Origin: Oikopleura dioica
Lineage: Eukaryota > Animalia > Chordata
Assembly (NCBI GenBank): GCA_907165135.1
Contig: OU015566.1
Coordinates: forward strand, 4,216,001-4,280,000
Direction of reading: 5' to 3'
Length of the DNA: 64,000 nucleotides
In this document: in pieces, positions 55,301 to 64,000 of the stretch
Layout: every line of letters starts with the position of its first letter
How positions within the stretch are numbered: the stretch's first letter is position 1
The notes under the pieces: generated by a model
Databases searched by the model: none
What the model was told of the DNA's origin: nothing
Seen by the model: only the letters and a program-made list of their open reading frames with translations
Translations under genes and position numbers: made by a program

Positions 55301-56117
55301 AGGAATATCTGACGAAGATGACTCATCGAAATCGTCCTCGTCTTCGAAAACTTCTTCGATTTCTGCTTCGATTTCGTCGTCTTCTTCGATTTTTTCCCAT
55401 TCTTCGTCCGTCAGCGTTTTCGGAAAAGGAGGGCGGTTCATTCTTCCCAAAACTTCTTTCTCCGCCTTGTGTTTTAACAGCTCCTCCACGCCGATGTTAT
55501 TTTTGAGAAAGTCGATTTGGTCACGCAACGTGGAAATAGTACGCTCATCGCTGCTCAAGTCCGCTTCTCGCTGCGAAAGCTCTTTTTCAATTAACAGGAT
55601 TTTCGCCGAGAGAAGCTCGTTTTCCGCTTCTAGCTTCAAAAAGGTTCAAAAAGAACATGGATAAATTGGCATGATTGACATTCAACGCTCATTATTTTGA
55701 CAAGTTCGGCATTTTTAATTTTCTTCCAAATGGAAATGCAAAAACTCGATTTTTTTGTCCGAATTTGTCACAAAAATTTTTTTTCCTTTCAAAAGCCAAA
55801 ATTTTTTTCAAAAATTTCAAATTTCAAAAATTTTTTTTCAAAAATTTTTTTTCAAAAATTTCAAATTTTCAAAATTCTTTTAAAAATTACAAAAATTTTA
55901 AAATTTCAAAATTCTTAAAAGTTAAAAATTATTTCAAAAATTTTTTCAAAAAAGCAAAAAAAAATTTTTTTTTTTGAACCTTTTCCTTATCATATTCTTC
56001 TGCCCCGGAAACAATTTTTTTCTCTTCAAAAAATAAAATTTGATAAACAAACGTCAAAATTAACAAAAAAATTAATCCAATTACAAGTCGATTGTGTCTC
56101 TTTCCATCGTGAATCAT
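43398..56117 (-). CDS. GDP-fucose O-fucosyltransferase-like (POFUT-like fold) type II membrane protein; intron 43861-53552 contains the retroelement
   Basis: N-terminal TM, coiled-coil stem, GPNNQL.GLRE...A..LNR..ILP, YVALHWRY. The splice NIK|TIYIAT spans the insertion, followed by SLVE.E.C..ASVFLGSQGSSWS....ER. Confidence 0.8.
43945..44160 (-). repeat. 3' LTR
   Basis: Identical by eye to 52746-52961. Starts with TG on the minus strand and contains AATAAA. Confidence 0.95.
44161..44177 (-). other. Polypurine tract
   Basis: AGAAAGCGGGGGGTGGG immediately before the TG of the 3' LTR. Confidence 0.85.
44880..46538 (-). CDS. env: Envelope glycoprotein, class I fusogen resembling paramyxovirus F
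   Basis: Signal peptide MLPALLTFLAANADA, cleavage site/fusion peptide MKR|FAGAPALILAAANLGL, heptad repeat, Cys-rich region, N-glycosylation sequons, C-terminal TM and a short basic tail. Confidence 0.85.
   Translation of the reverse strand: MLPALLTFLAANADADSLIIDGGILLESAGSLYLSRQRSSHYVIVTRPVPKSPFLEMDSPGCDVGACKQFFKANRWNQRECSEDMADNRREALLESIDEQFKAELISLKEEAEFVKAHEAHLMKRFAGAPALILAAANLGLKVKNTADIANLKSVSLAQSRNIDKLTKNFRKLESTVAVSLNATYERISAVERDLCRLNEAVIRNRIEDWSRASVTQYISEVDYEVAALQQGEVPFRVEWNRLFSSACWGSCAALEAKQCELYCANLLRELPQELRPQLLGLNITDSGLDVHFSLNFPVIESPPTTLFRANPFGIIVKSTESNELVAPDIAPYATQLAGEMYEIDRFSCLGARQNMICRHSAIMSGSCLRDVRRCNIKRTPTSASCTFAFEENGLIVFSAGEAVIRNRTLLSDLGSKPERFTGFRYFLQSETDTEIYCGGNDQLIKIPKTPITTYTGKQIDFRLSSKNFTFNTLDLNNDDFLDNAIDDIDDKIDELAETVDVNFQQSTTISVVSSSALLFICISTLVILTFQFLRRVRGLALKVNKALKPLI
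46624..50286 (-). CDS. pol: Pol polyprotein (protease, RT, RNase H, integrase), in frame with gag
   Basis: LCDSGA protease; RT motifs (D..SAFNQ, MCFGLQNSP, LMDD, YLGF); RNase H (SDAS, ELL, TDHKSL); integrase HHCC and D..D(35)E-type core. Confidence 0.95.
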   Translation of the reverse strand, partial: LGQPDGSAKSSNPSLHCHSISQPNILPKIRLKILSEEVLCLCDSGANVSIISSKIANNFPDARRDRIDASITVANATTMVVRERIWLPLNFGGEPKYEPFLIVQDLNHDAIIGMSAFSKLTIDRAAETITIDKVTFDMVPSGRTLVLNNVHVATIAPRALTPIRVSVPVGKEEGENVMIVEPSNKGFCHENSVDIMKAVYNASPMTTIMVFNTTETALTIPSGAEVAVAAMMEKRPNGQFEYNELVSIDSDEFDREWQQFKANREIRLRGKDGERYKDVEIGSNLTPPQRRKVNEMMEKRRRVFSTGPTDLGMLKGQAFRIRLFDESQRVYEKPVPCRPALRPKAEEKVENWVEAGVVERGASDFNLPLFFVKKGKDDVRPVLDARRLNALTIPTRWPLPSIKELMARLSRDIAKSKGQLYVTSVDVASAFNQVRTDPRDAHKCAFSFQGRQYIARRMCFGLQNSPSVFANVIDRLAGHVSGLSVLMDDCVICHSDFDEHLAAVDEFLRIMEENGLLLKIEKSHFFVQSFSYLGFRITDRGIEPLQDKLGPIKDYPRPRSRKELRRFLGMTNYYSLYVKDGHRTLSPLHKLAAPSKAAFEWKSTHEEAFATYKRALMEVVAFNHRDESLPLVIASDASKTGIGACLYQKEPSGKLQTLGYFSRALKDGEQKLPSRYLELLGLVTALEAFEFECYNTPVLALTDHKSLGQVLTERKMRMDVPVRVTNLFARLARFQVKGIEYVPNTEGVIIVVDALSRQYEISPGEDNDESDCLDRGFLNTVELRPRASELLEVLAMQTRRARRLAQAESENAQSQGSNEVVMVSGDIPYTAGDIIKLQEIDPVLKKMKKEKKLVADAKGILVRAGKEDIIALPEPLQIEISSFVHARMGHPGALALENILRRKFFISGISRICKEVCEACETCWRIKPRPKLKALSPPKPECSARPWQKLFCDLTDFGQVDLQGNRYLLCIMCDMTRFVVGRCLPDKSAESVGFAMADMLLSNGIQGAMVRADNGREFTCTVFKEIMEKFNLRLAHISPYHACSNKIERKFRSLGLKAKLANIQREDWSRQVPFVLYQMNNAPTAALDGLSPAEALTGRPMELPLFHLRPDPDLNEDPWLWSAYMSGWLRQCGQFLGQKYQQQLAHHVKPIQKTKINVNDRVCYWMPMRIGKCKKLHVAFKNTAVVTKVIAENVFEIRDEESGALLKRNIVFLRKLPSTK
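50287..51918 (-). CDS. gag: Gag with an N-terminal SAP-like domain and Zn knuckles
   Basis: First ATG at 51918. LTVAQLRNVCRRLGLSTKGLKAELQATL, Ser/Thr/Pro linker, capsid-like region, CHLCSGPHFLKDC and CDVC..H..H....C. Confidence 0.85.
   Translation of the reverse strand: MAMNLTPIRDLTVAQLRNVCRRLGLSTKGLKAELQATLRAHARANHYRKTDDLSDFAVNTANIDDEEGQEEEPVVTTVAHGSQAPVPSAPPVPIVPTLPSVTSPAPVSTSSFAYPPLTSSTTAPTGSTSESPGIASFEARDNERNSRIDSINSLSGRTAFVTTSALETGFDARPFSQRSWNPTASGQQPTWTKGTSATMTATPFATSPKTSPPITPPSTHGYAVNTAGLANTRSRDLLRKESQDIKSVSTRSPELIEILLDGIENLGQIYDWSETQKMLVLRIKLAPQIQRECGFTMAMSYEEAAAKLRKRLGYNHSKLTMKIEAMTRGRGETISEAYSRLMNLLSSSGSVYENLPEEAQKQLIRTSLKRILRPQEYQQFFTVWISHQMTTSLAEIADILALLEGSWTVSEPINDPDTLGYDLNAAYRDIKCHLCSGPHFLKDCDVIKQMGSLGTRMDAMEQLALKQDECITRLLTSIETIAKNQATCNVAAQQPEQRQPEQGHGKKKHWGQNKKPYCDVCPLTESGHPPRHYRQECPSRKTQ
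52050..52445. repeat. 33-bp tandem repeat (~12 copies) in the retroelement leader
   Basis: GAAGGTGGT-type anchors at 52082, 52115, 52148, 52181, 52214, 52247, 52280, 52313, 52346, 52379 and 52412. Confidence 0.9.
52731..52744 (-). other. Primer-binding site
   Basis: TGGTGACTTCACCG one nt after the 5' LTR. The TGGTGAC start matches tRNA-Trp-type PBSs, but the primer tRNA was not verified. Confidence 0.6.
52746..52961 (-). repeat. 5' LTR
   Basis: Identical to 43945-44160. Confidence 0.95.
53088..53240. mobile_element. MITE family A
   Basis: ACCTGTGTAGAAAACCTGAGTCAGGCTCTG / CAGAGCCTGACTCAGGTTTTCTACACAGGT perfect 30-bp IR. Confidence 0.8.
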
Positions 56118-57036
56118 CTCTTTTCGCCGCAAATCTCTAGAAAGATTCCTTATCAGGAAAAAATCTTGATCGCGAAAAATCAGAAAAACCGGCGCTAGAG
56201 CTCCCTCAAACGCGCGGCACATTGCGTAAAGTCCGCGCGTATTTTTCAATTTTATTTTTGCGATTTCAAGCTTTACTTAATCTAATAAATCGAAATTCCT
56301 CATCTTGTGAAGTCCAATAAAATTTAATCAAAACATTTTCGGCTTATGTATCCAAGAGTTTTTGGAAAATCATTGTTTCAAAAATGTGTTTTTCTCCAAT
56401 CTTTTTTTTCTGATTTTTTTCACAATATAAATTTTTCTGATAATCATTTTATTTATTTTATTATGTAATTTAATATATAAAATGGGATCCATATTTTAAA
56501 AAATATGCCAATTATGATTTAGTTTCAGCTATCATTATTTCTTTCATAAAATTATATTATGGCTATTAGAATAAAAAACATTTTTATAATTTATTTTTTA
56601 CGAAATGATTTAACTTAATAATTGACGATCATCAAATTTAGCCGGCCTGATAAGCATCGGGATTTTAAAATGGGATTAATGGGATTTGTAGTTCAATATA
56701 TAAATTCCATGAATTTTTAGACAGATTTTTCAGCGAGAGTACTTTTGATGAATCATCCTATTTTCGCGAAGAACCGTTCTGAAAACGATGAAAAACCAAG
56801 GTTCACTGGAAAAATGCTCTTGCATACTGCGATCAATTGGGATTATCCCGGTCTGCTTCGTAGCTGATCACGTCATTATACCAATTTCACTCTTCATTTG
56901 ATCAAACTGACATTAGAGCGTGTTGCAGTCTTATCCGATTACATTCTGTTATGTCTGCGTCAACTCTTTTCGATGTTATATAAATCGAATTCCCTTCCCA
57001 GAGTCTACCAATTTACACTTCGCAGAAAAAGGGAAA

Positions 57037-57301
57037 ATGAATTTGATCAATTTTTTGTTCAGTTTTTCGGGTATATTCGCCATGGAATTGATTACCAGAG
57101 ACGGGGGCTTTTCGGATCATGATCTCGTCGATCTTGAAGGAACCTATCGCTTTATGCCTTCTTTATCAACCCTTCGCTTCACAGGTTTTATCCTATTTTT
57201 TTCGTTTTTTTAACAATTCGTTTTTAGTCGCTCAAAGATGCTTGATGATACCGACCTGTCGAATGTCAATGATGAAATCTCTTCAAAATCGATGGAAATA
57301 A
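57037..57301 (+). CDS. Possible small two-exon secreted protein
   Basis: MNLINFLFSFSGIFA hydrophobic start, GT..AG intron ~57185-57227, AATAAA downstream. Confidence 0.3.
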
Positions 57302-57357
57302 AAAAAAACCAACAATAAATATCGTCAAAACACAAATTTGAAATTTATTTTAAAAAA

Positions 57358-59419
57358 TCAAATTTTTTTGACATGAATTTGGACATTACTTTTTTGTCCA
57401 TCTCGCATTGAAAATAGGACTTTATTCTTCTTTCTCCTTCGTGAAATTTTCTTGAAAAAAAATTTTTTTGTGTTTATTTTTTTGAAATTTTTTTTTGTAT
57501 TTTTTTTTCGAATTTTTTTTTTTTGAATTTTACCTTGATCGCCTTTTTGATGCAAAAAATCAGCCCCTGTCCGATCTCCACCATCGTCAGTCCCAAGAAC
57601 AAGGTCAGCATTCCGCCAATATCCGCCATGAGATCTTCAATCTTGTATTTTGGGATTTCGACGTTTTTATCGTAAGGGGGCTTTTTTAGATCCAAATTGA
57701 TGCTCACAAGAGACATGCCTGGTTCATCGATTGAGACTAGTTCCGTGTCTTCTGGGTTGATTTTCACAGCTAAAAAGATGAAATTATGGAGGTCGACCCC
57801 CTTAAAATTACGACCTGTTTTTGAAAACATGACGCTGTTGAGGCTCTCCGGCCCCTTATATCGAATTGTTTCTACATGCTTTTTGAATGTATGACATTTT
57901 TTCTTGCATTTCTAAAGTTTCAAAATCAAAATCGCTTTTTCGGCCCGAAAAAAGCTTGCCTTGTCCGGTTCAGCTCTGGAAACAAAGCTGATGCATCTGG
58001 CATGATCGCTAAAAGTACAATATCTTCCATCAACAGTTCGATTTCGCCGCTTTTCCCATTGATAAACCGAGTCAAATTGGCTAAGATAATTGGGCAGGCA
58101 CTTGCAGGTCCGGATGATTTTCTCGATCATTCCCATGTGAATGCATTTTGAATGATCTTGAAATGAAATATTTTGAGTTTTTCGATTGCTTACCGTAAAT
58201 TTGTTTTGTTTTGCTTTCTGAGATGCATTCGGAAAAGGGATGTCCCAGGAGCTCGATTTCCGTGGTGACTACTTTCAGGACAGGGATTAGATCTTCTGTC
58301 ATTGCATATGTATTTGATGATGCGTATTCTTCGTCGTCATGGGCAAGTTGGAGGAACAGAGGCCACTTGATAGCGCTCCAACCCTTTGAAAATATAAGAA
58401 TGACTCAATACTGTGACAGATCCCAGAGTCGACCTCTCGCGCATGATCCCATTTTCGGACCAAATTTCGGGTCAATTTTCTGGGCAAAATTTTTGGGCGA
58501 AATTATTGGGTCAAATTTTCGGGGAAATTTTTCGGGTCAAAAATTTCGGGTCAAATTCTTTCAGGCCAAATTTTCGGGCCAAACTTTCGGGCAAATTTTT
58601 TCGGGCCAAAAATTTCGGGCCAAATTTTTTCAGACCAAGTTTTCGGGCAAAATTTTTTCGGGCCAAATTTTCGGGTCAAAATTGCAACTGAAAACTTACA
58701 TTTGTCACATCTGTTCGGTTAAAAGCAAGAGTAAGTCGCACATTACTCCAGTATTTCAGCGTCCTATAATTTTCGTTAAGAAAATCGAACAATCCATATT
58801 ACTCGGAAAAGCTCTTCTCAAATTCTTCCATTGATTTACTGTCTCCAGTCTGGAGGAAGTAATGCTGCCAAAGAGCTTCAGTTACATTCAGCTAAATAAC
58901 GCTGATTCGTTGAAATCAAGGAGGACTCACAGCGATGCAAGAGCCGTGGAAGGTTTGAACTTGGCGCCAAAATGTTCGGCAGTCGAAAAGCTCAATTTTG
59001 CATGTCGCGATGAAGTATTCCGGCGTTGTGGAGCTGATGAATTCTCGAAGATCAATACTGTCAAGCATTGTCCAGTTCAAATTTCTGGACAATTTAATCG
59101 TCGAAATATTAAAATCCGCCTCGTGATGATGTCTTCTCGCCGCGTACATATTCACTGACTTTCCGTAAAACTCGTCAAGCGCTAGTTTTGGCAAATAAGG
59201 GTAATTCTCTTTGATTTTCTTGCGAGAGTGAAGACTGGAAGAGCAAATTTGGAGCTTGGGAAAACGAGCGTCAGCTTCGCCAGTTTGCTTGACGAAGCTG
59301 GTCCGGTAGCGGAGGTATTTTCGAACTTGGCTGGCGCCCATTGTGATGCCTTGGAAAATCAGGACGAAATAGGTCGCGCTTTTTGGGATGAAATTCGGGG
59401 AGTTGTCTGGAACCAACAA
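57358..59419 (-). CDS. DEG/ENaC/ASIC-family sodium channel subunit (5' exons not resolved)
   Basis: Post-M1 FPKLQIC, FHGSC, LGHPFSEC, CKCLP, Cys-rich thumb and pre-M2/M2 LMADIGGMLTLFLGLTMVEI. Confidence 0.8.
58450..58683. repeat. Intronic 11-13-bp tandem repeat (CAAATTTTCGGG)
   Basis: Directly visible array. It explains the low-complexity ORFs at 58211-58834. Confidence 0.85.
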
Positions 59420-59550
59420 AAAATTTCGACAAATTTTGCGCTGAAATTTTTAACCAATCAGAAGGCTGGATTCGGCAAACCGGCAAATCAGCAGCCAAGG
59501 AGCCGCCCACGCAAAATTTATCGAATTATTTTGTCGGTTCCAGACAGCAT
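59397..59550. mobile_element. MITE family B
   Basis: GGGGAGTTGTCTGGAACC ... GGTTCCAGACAGCATCC IR with an internal CCAATCAG. Confidence 0.7.
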
Positions 59551-60915
59551 CCTTGAAATTTGACGTTGATAATTGATATTTTTTTTTCAAATTAACCAAT
59601 TATTTATTTTGAAAATATTAAAAAAATATGTCGATCCCATCACAAACTAGTATTCTCCGCACCTTCGAAACTCCTTTCATTTGCTATAAAAACATTTCTG
59701 ATATTCTTCAACAACTGACCCTTCATCATTATTTCGAGCTGGTTTTATACAAGGCTTCTTGTCAAGAATGAAGACAATCGTGAAGAAATCTGTCAACGCG
59801 TATCAAATCGGATAAAAAAAAGAGAAAAAAATACTCATCGATGATTTCACAATCTTAAATAAGGGAAGCCCCGCTGAGATTTCTCGAGATCAACTCAGCG
59901 GGAGACTTGATCTTACTTTTTGTTTTTTTTCAACAATTGTTTTTTCCAAGCAAAACCTTAAAAGAAATTCTTTTTTTTTTGAGGAAGCAAAATTAATCGA
60001 GAAAAAATGTGAGAATTTTCTTCAAATTTTGGACCAATCAGATTTCCGAGTAAGGCCGGTTGGCCAATCAGATTTCAGTCAGGTGTTTTTTTGGAATAAT
60101 TGAATTATTGGTCGCATATTTTTCTCTTTTCCTTCCCGCTATTCAAAAAAATTAGGGTGTGTGAAACGATGGCTATGCCCTTAATTTTTGGCCGTTGAAA
60201 AAGTTATTATATGCGATTGAGTAAGACTTAGATATTCCTCCCGCGCCTAAGTGAAACAAAAATCGATCCCTCTCGAGGCCGAAAAGGAACTGATTCTGAT
60301 CCCTCCTTGCCTTTTTTTTCCCAACTTATTACCAAAAAAAAATAGAGAAAAAATGAGCAAATCCGCTTGTTGAACAATGATCAATACTTTTTCAAGCGCT
60401 GGGTTGAGGCTAATTAAGACAGAGACACTACATGTAGATAAAGCTTTGTTTACTTTTTTTCTTCAAAGAAACAGCTCCTTGGACAGGATTTGATTAGGAG
60501 CTGAAGAGACACATGATTTGTGGACTTTTTGAAACTTTTTAACAGAATGAAAAAAAAATTTAACTGATCATTTTTAACCGAGTTTTTTGACGGAGAGACA
60601 CCCTTATTTTTATGAGAAAAACTGCTGAGCTAATTATTAAATTAATATAAAATATATATTAAATATTTTATATATTAAAATCAAATTAATTAGATCTTCG
60701 TTGAGCCTTCCCGATCGGGCATAATTTAAGGGTACAGGGTTCAAAATCGACCCCTTTTTAACAATTTATTTTCAGCCGGAAATAAGGGTATATCTATATT
60801 TACTCTTCATAAGGCCAATTATCTGTTATAAAAATTGTTAAAAAAGAAAATTTTATTTAAAAAACAATCATTAAATTTTTGCTGTTTTAGACATCGAAAC
60901 GATGGATCGTAGTTT

Positions 60916-62490
60916 ATGGATGAGGAAGCAATAGAGAGCGCCTTTACGAACCAAACATCGCAATCATCATCCAGCAAACTTGATCGAGGGAACAAACGAC
61001 TCAACCTTTTAAGCATTCTAGGCAGGGTCCGAATTTAAAAACCTTTTTGAATAATTTCAGCAAAGTGATCTTAAAATACCCCATTTCGCAATCTTCAAAA
61101 ATGCTCTTTCAGTCAGAACAAAATCAGAATGATCCTTGATTTTATAAGAGAAGACGATAGTAATCAAGAGGATTTTTCTGATCGAGAAACGCCGACTAAA
61201 ATTGCTGAAAAAGAACATGCTTTTGGACCAACTCATATCAAATTCAAAGGATAAGAGTCTCACAAAATGTTTCAAATAAGCCCTTGATACCCTTATTTAG
61301 GGGTGGTGTCCCGAATCGACAAAAATCTCGACAAATTGTTGGAGGTGTCTGGAGCCGACAAAAAAATTTCGGAAAATTTTGCAGGGAAATTTTGAACCAA
61401 TCAGAATCCCGGATTCGGCTAACTGGCCAATCAGCAGCCGAGTAATCGCCCACGCAAAATTTGTCCAAATTTTTCGTCGGTTCCTGACACCAACCGACAA
61501 ACTTTGCGTTGGCGGCTACTCGGCTGCTTATTGGCCGGCTAGCCGAATCCGGTCTTCTGATTGGCTGAAATTTTCGCGAAAAATTTGTCCGGATTTTTCG
61601 TCGGTTCCTGACATCTTCCCCTTATACTCTTTTTTTGAATCAATAATTTCCCTCGACAGCTGTTTTGTCCACTACAGTTCCTCCGTTAGCCCTTTTTCCA
61701 TTCGCTGTCTGTCATTAATGATTCGCCTCGATTTAATAATTTACGAACATCGCGACATCAATCCTCAATATGCCATAAACGGTCACTGGCTTATTTTTTC
61801 TCATGTTTTCGGACCTCTACGAAGCCTTTCTTTTCGCGCTTTTTGTCATCATCGCTATCATCTCATTCTTTGCCTGGCGCTGTGCGAAGAGACAGCGCGA
61901 TTTCGACTTTGAGACATTTGTCGACGAACCGAGAAATTCTACGAACAGGTTACCATCAAGCAAAAGTCAATTTTTTCCGTTCTTACAAAGCCGCCTGCGG
62001 CTTCGCGCCAGAAAGGGCCTGATAAGCCGCAAAAATGCGGTTTTTTCTGTCTTCAACAAAAAGATCGAGAAGCCGCTTGCGGCTTCGAGCTAAAAAGAAT
62101 GTAAAGCCGCGCTTAAATGCGACTAAAAGCTTTAAAATAGATAAAGCCGGAAAGAGCGCGGCTCTTTTTCAGAATTTTCACGCGGCTTTTTTGTCTTTCA
62201 TTAATAAGATCAAAAAAGCCGCGCGAAATCGCGGCTTATCTCTTATTTTTCAGATCAAAGCCGCAAGCGGCTTTTTGGTGTCCGTTTTTTTGAAAATGAT
62301 TTAGACCCCGCCACTTTGGAACAATAAATGAAGCCATGTATCAAACTGACGATGAATCCAAGAAAAAATCAAGGTAGATATTTATCCTCAAAAGTCTCAG
62401 GAATCCTCTTTTTAGAGCAAATGCTGAACAAATTGAACAGTGCGATACAAGGCGGATGACAAAACGGGGCATTTACGAAACGAGAATTTA
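60916..62490 (+). CDS. Possible single-pass membrane protein (spliced)
   Basis: Short exons separated by MITE-containing introns, TM AFLFALFVIIAIISFFAW followed by a basic stop-transfer RCAKRQR. Model uncertain. Confidence 0.3.
61300..61621. mobile_element. MITE family B, full-length, TTA-flanked (PIF/Harbinger/Tourist-like)
   Basis: TTA|GGGGTGGTGTC ... GACATCTTCCCC|TTA with long internal inverted arms bearing CCAATCAG boxes. Confidence 0.75.
61988..62275. repeat. AAGCCGC/GCGGCTT palindromic repeat cluster (MITE-like)
   Basis: Multiple AAGCCGC(N)GCGGCTT hairpin units, the same as at 8244-8380. Confidence 0.55.
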
Positions 62491-62810
62491 GTCCCTTATT
62501 TTTACTGTTAACGAATTATACTGTTTATTATGCAAATATACTTTATTTAATCGAAAGAGCCCTTTTTCAAGTCTGAAATTTCGGATAAAAATCGGGTGAG
62601 ATTGGAATTTTTCGTCGTAGATTTTCATTAATAAATTCAGAAAGCAGACGGAAAATTGAGCTTTTTTGATTTTGAATGGAATTCAGCCGGAATTCTCTTT
62701 CCATTTTCATAGGATGACATCCTCACTGAGCATATGACGTTTTACCTCTGTATATAATTGATCCAAACAGAGGATGATTTACATTTTCTCTCCGACAAAA
62801 ACTTTTCATC

Positions 62811-63029
62811 ATGGTCAAAATGATTTCTCTTTTGTTTTTTGTCGAAGCTGTTTTTGGATTTTTAACAAGATCTTCGATCGACTCAATCTATCGAGGACAG
62901 CGTCAAACGGTAGGATTTTTTGATAAATTCGATTCGAAAAAACTTTTTAGCAGTCGACGTCTCGACCATCAAAACTCCGAAGAAGAAATATTCGAACATG
63001 GATTCCCGGTTTTATCGGCAACGAAATGA
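62811..63029 (+). CDS. Small secreted protein candidate (72 aa)
   Basis: MVKMISLLFFVEAVFG signal-like start, TATATAA at ~62751, KK and RR sites. Confidence 0.4.
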   Translation: MVKMISLLFFVEAVFGFLTRSSIDSIYRGQRQTVGFFDKFDSKKLFSSRRLDHQNSEEEIFEHGFPVLSATK

Positions 63030-64000
63030 GAATGACGAGATTTTCTGATTTTTCCAATCCTTTTTTGATGCTTTCAAACAAGTGATCATGTCGATTTTTC
63101 GGCTTAAACCAATTTATGAAAGTGCATATTTGATTACCAATAGGATTGCTTTATTTGGCCTATCAGCCAATCAAAAACCTTATCCACAAAATCACTTCCA
63201 TAAATTCGTTTTACCCAATTTTTCGGGGTAGAACCAATTTTTGGAACAGATTTTTCGGAAAGGGTTTGGATTTGCCGGTAGGCCAAATAAAGCAATCTTA
63301 TTGGTTATCCAAAAATTCACTTCAAAAATTGGTTTTACCCGAATTTTCGTATTTTCATCCTGCTTTTTTTGTTAAAAAATCTTATCTTGTTACCCTAACC
63401 CCTTTGATTAAAATAAAAACTGAAAAAAACAGCCGAGAAAACAGCCATATTTATAAGAAAAAATTGCTTTTGAAAGCTGAGGTCAATTAATATTAATAAT
63501 TCTTTACTTTCTGACACGAAGCAGTTAAAATTGTTCGAGGGTGCTAGTGTTGCTGATCAATTATGCAGACCGAAAAAGAATTGCCCCGATTGTGCGCAAA
63601 AAAAGTAGAGAAAAAAACGAAAGGAAAATGTCGGAGGCATCATCAATTTTGACGATTGTTACTTTGAGTCCAAAAAATAGAGAAAACAAAGAAAACAACG
63701 AAGAAACGAATGAAATTTTTCTGGATGATCAGTCTACTAGATACTATTGAAAGAGGTTCAAACAAGTTGTTTTTAACCAGATTACAGTTAACAATGAGTT
63801 CAGGCCGTGAACTTCACGGGATGAACTCGTGAAGAAACTACTTTTTGGTGAATTAAAAAAATTGGTCTTTCAGCAGAAAAATGTCGAAAAAAATCATTTA
63901 TCGACATTGACAATGTCACATTGTCGATCATGACAATGTCATTCAAAAAGATGACCACACAAATTTATTTCTCACAGAAACTTCTAAAATGAGATACATT

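Noticed and set aside
55675-55977. F/K-rich ORFs
   Set aside because: They arise from low-complexity TTTTCAAAAA intronic sequence.
1-64000. Frequent TCTAGA hexamer as a possible regulatory motif
   Set aside because: The by-eye count looks only modestly above what base composition predicts, and many sites are in exons. A k-mer enrichment test and TSS data are needed.

Overview
Eukaryotic, gene-dense DNA with many very short introns, several non-canonical GA-AG/GG-AG introns, many MITEs and an env-bearing Ty3/gypsy element. This combination strongly suggests the larvacean tunicate Oikopleura dioica (inference). Host genes reconstructed by hand across introns: an SLC17 transporter between two unknown multi-pass membrane genes, FoxA, a small secreted peptide, an SLC22-like transporter, a carotenoid cleavage oxygenase with a signal peptide, an ankyrin-ZU5-ZU5-death-domain protein, ABCB1/P-glycoprotein, a secreted CUB protein, a kinase fused to a papain-like protease domain, an O-fucosyltransferase-like gene and a DEG/ENaC channel. 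The most notable element is an intact 9.0-kb Tor-like LTR retroelement (43945-52961, minus strand) with identical 216-bp LTRs. It sits inside a MITE, which sits inside an intron of the fucosyltransferase gene. Its Gag begins with a SAP-like DNA-binding domain. gag and pol are in one frame, separated by a single CAA-UGA-CUAG readthrough-type stop that lies in the loop of a perfect 15-bp stem. Its Env resembles a paramyxovirus F fusion protein. Exon boundaries were read by eye and no database searches were run.
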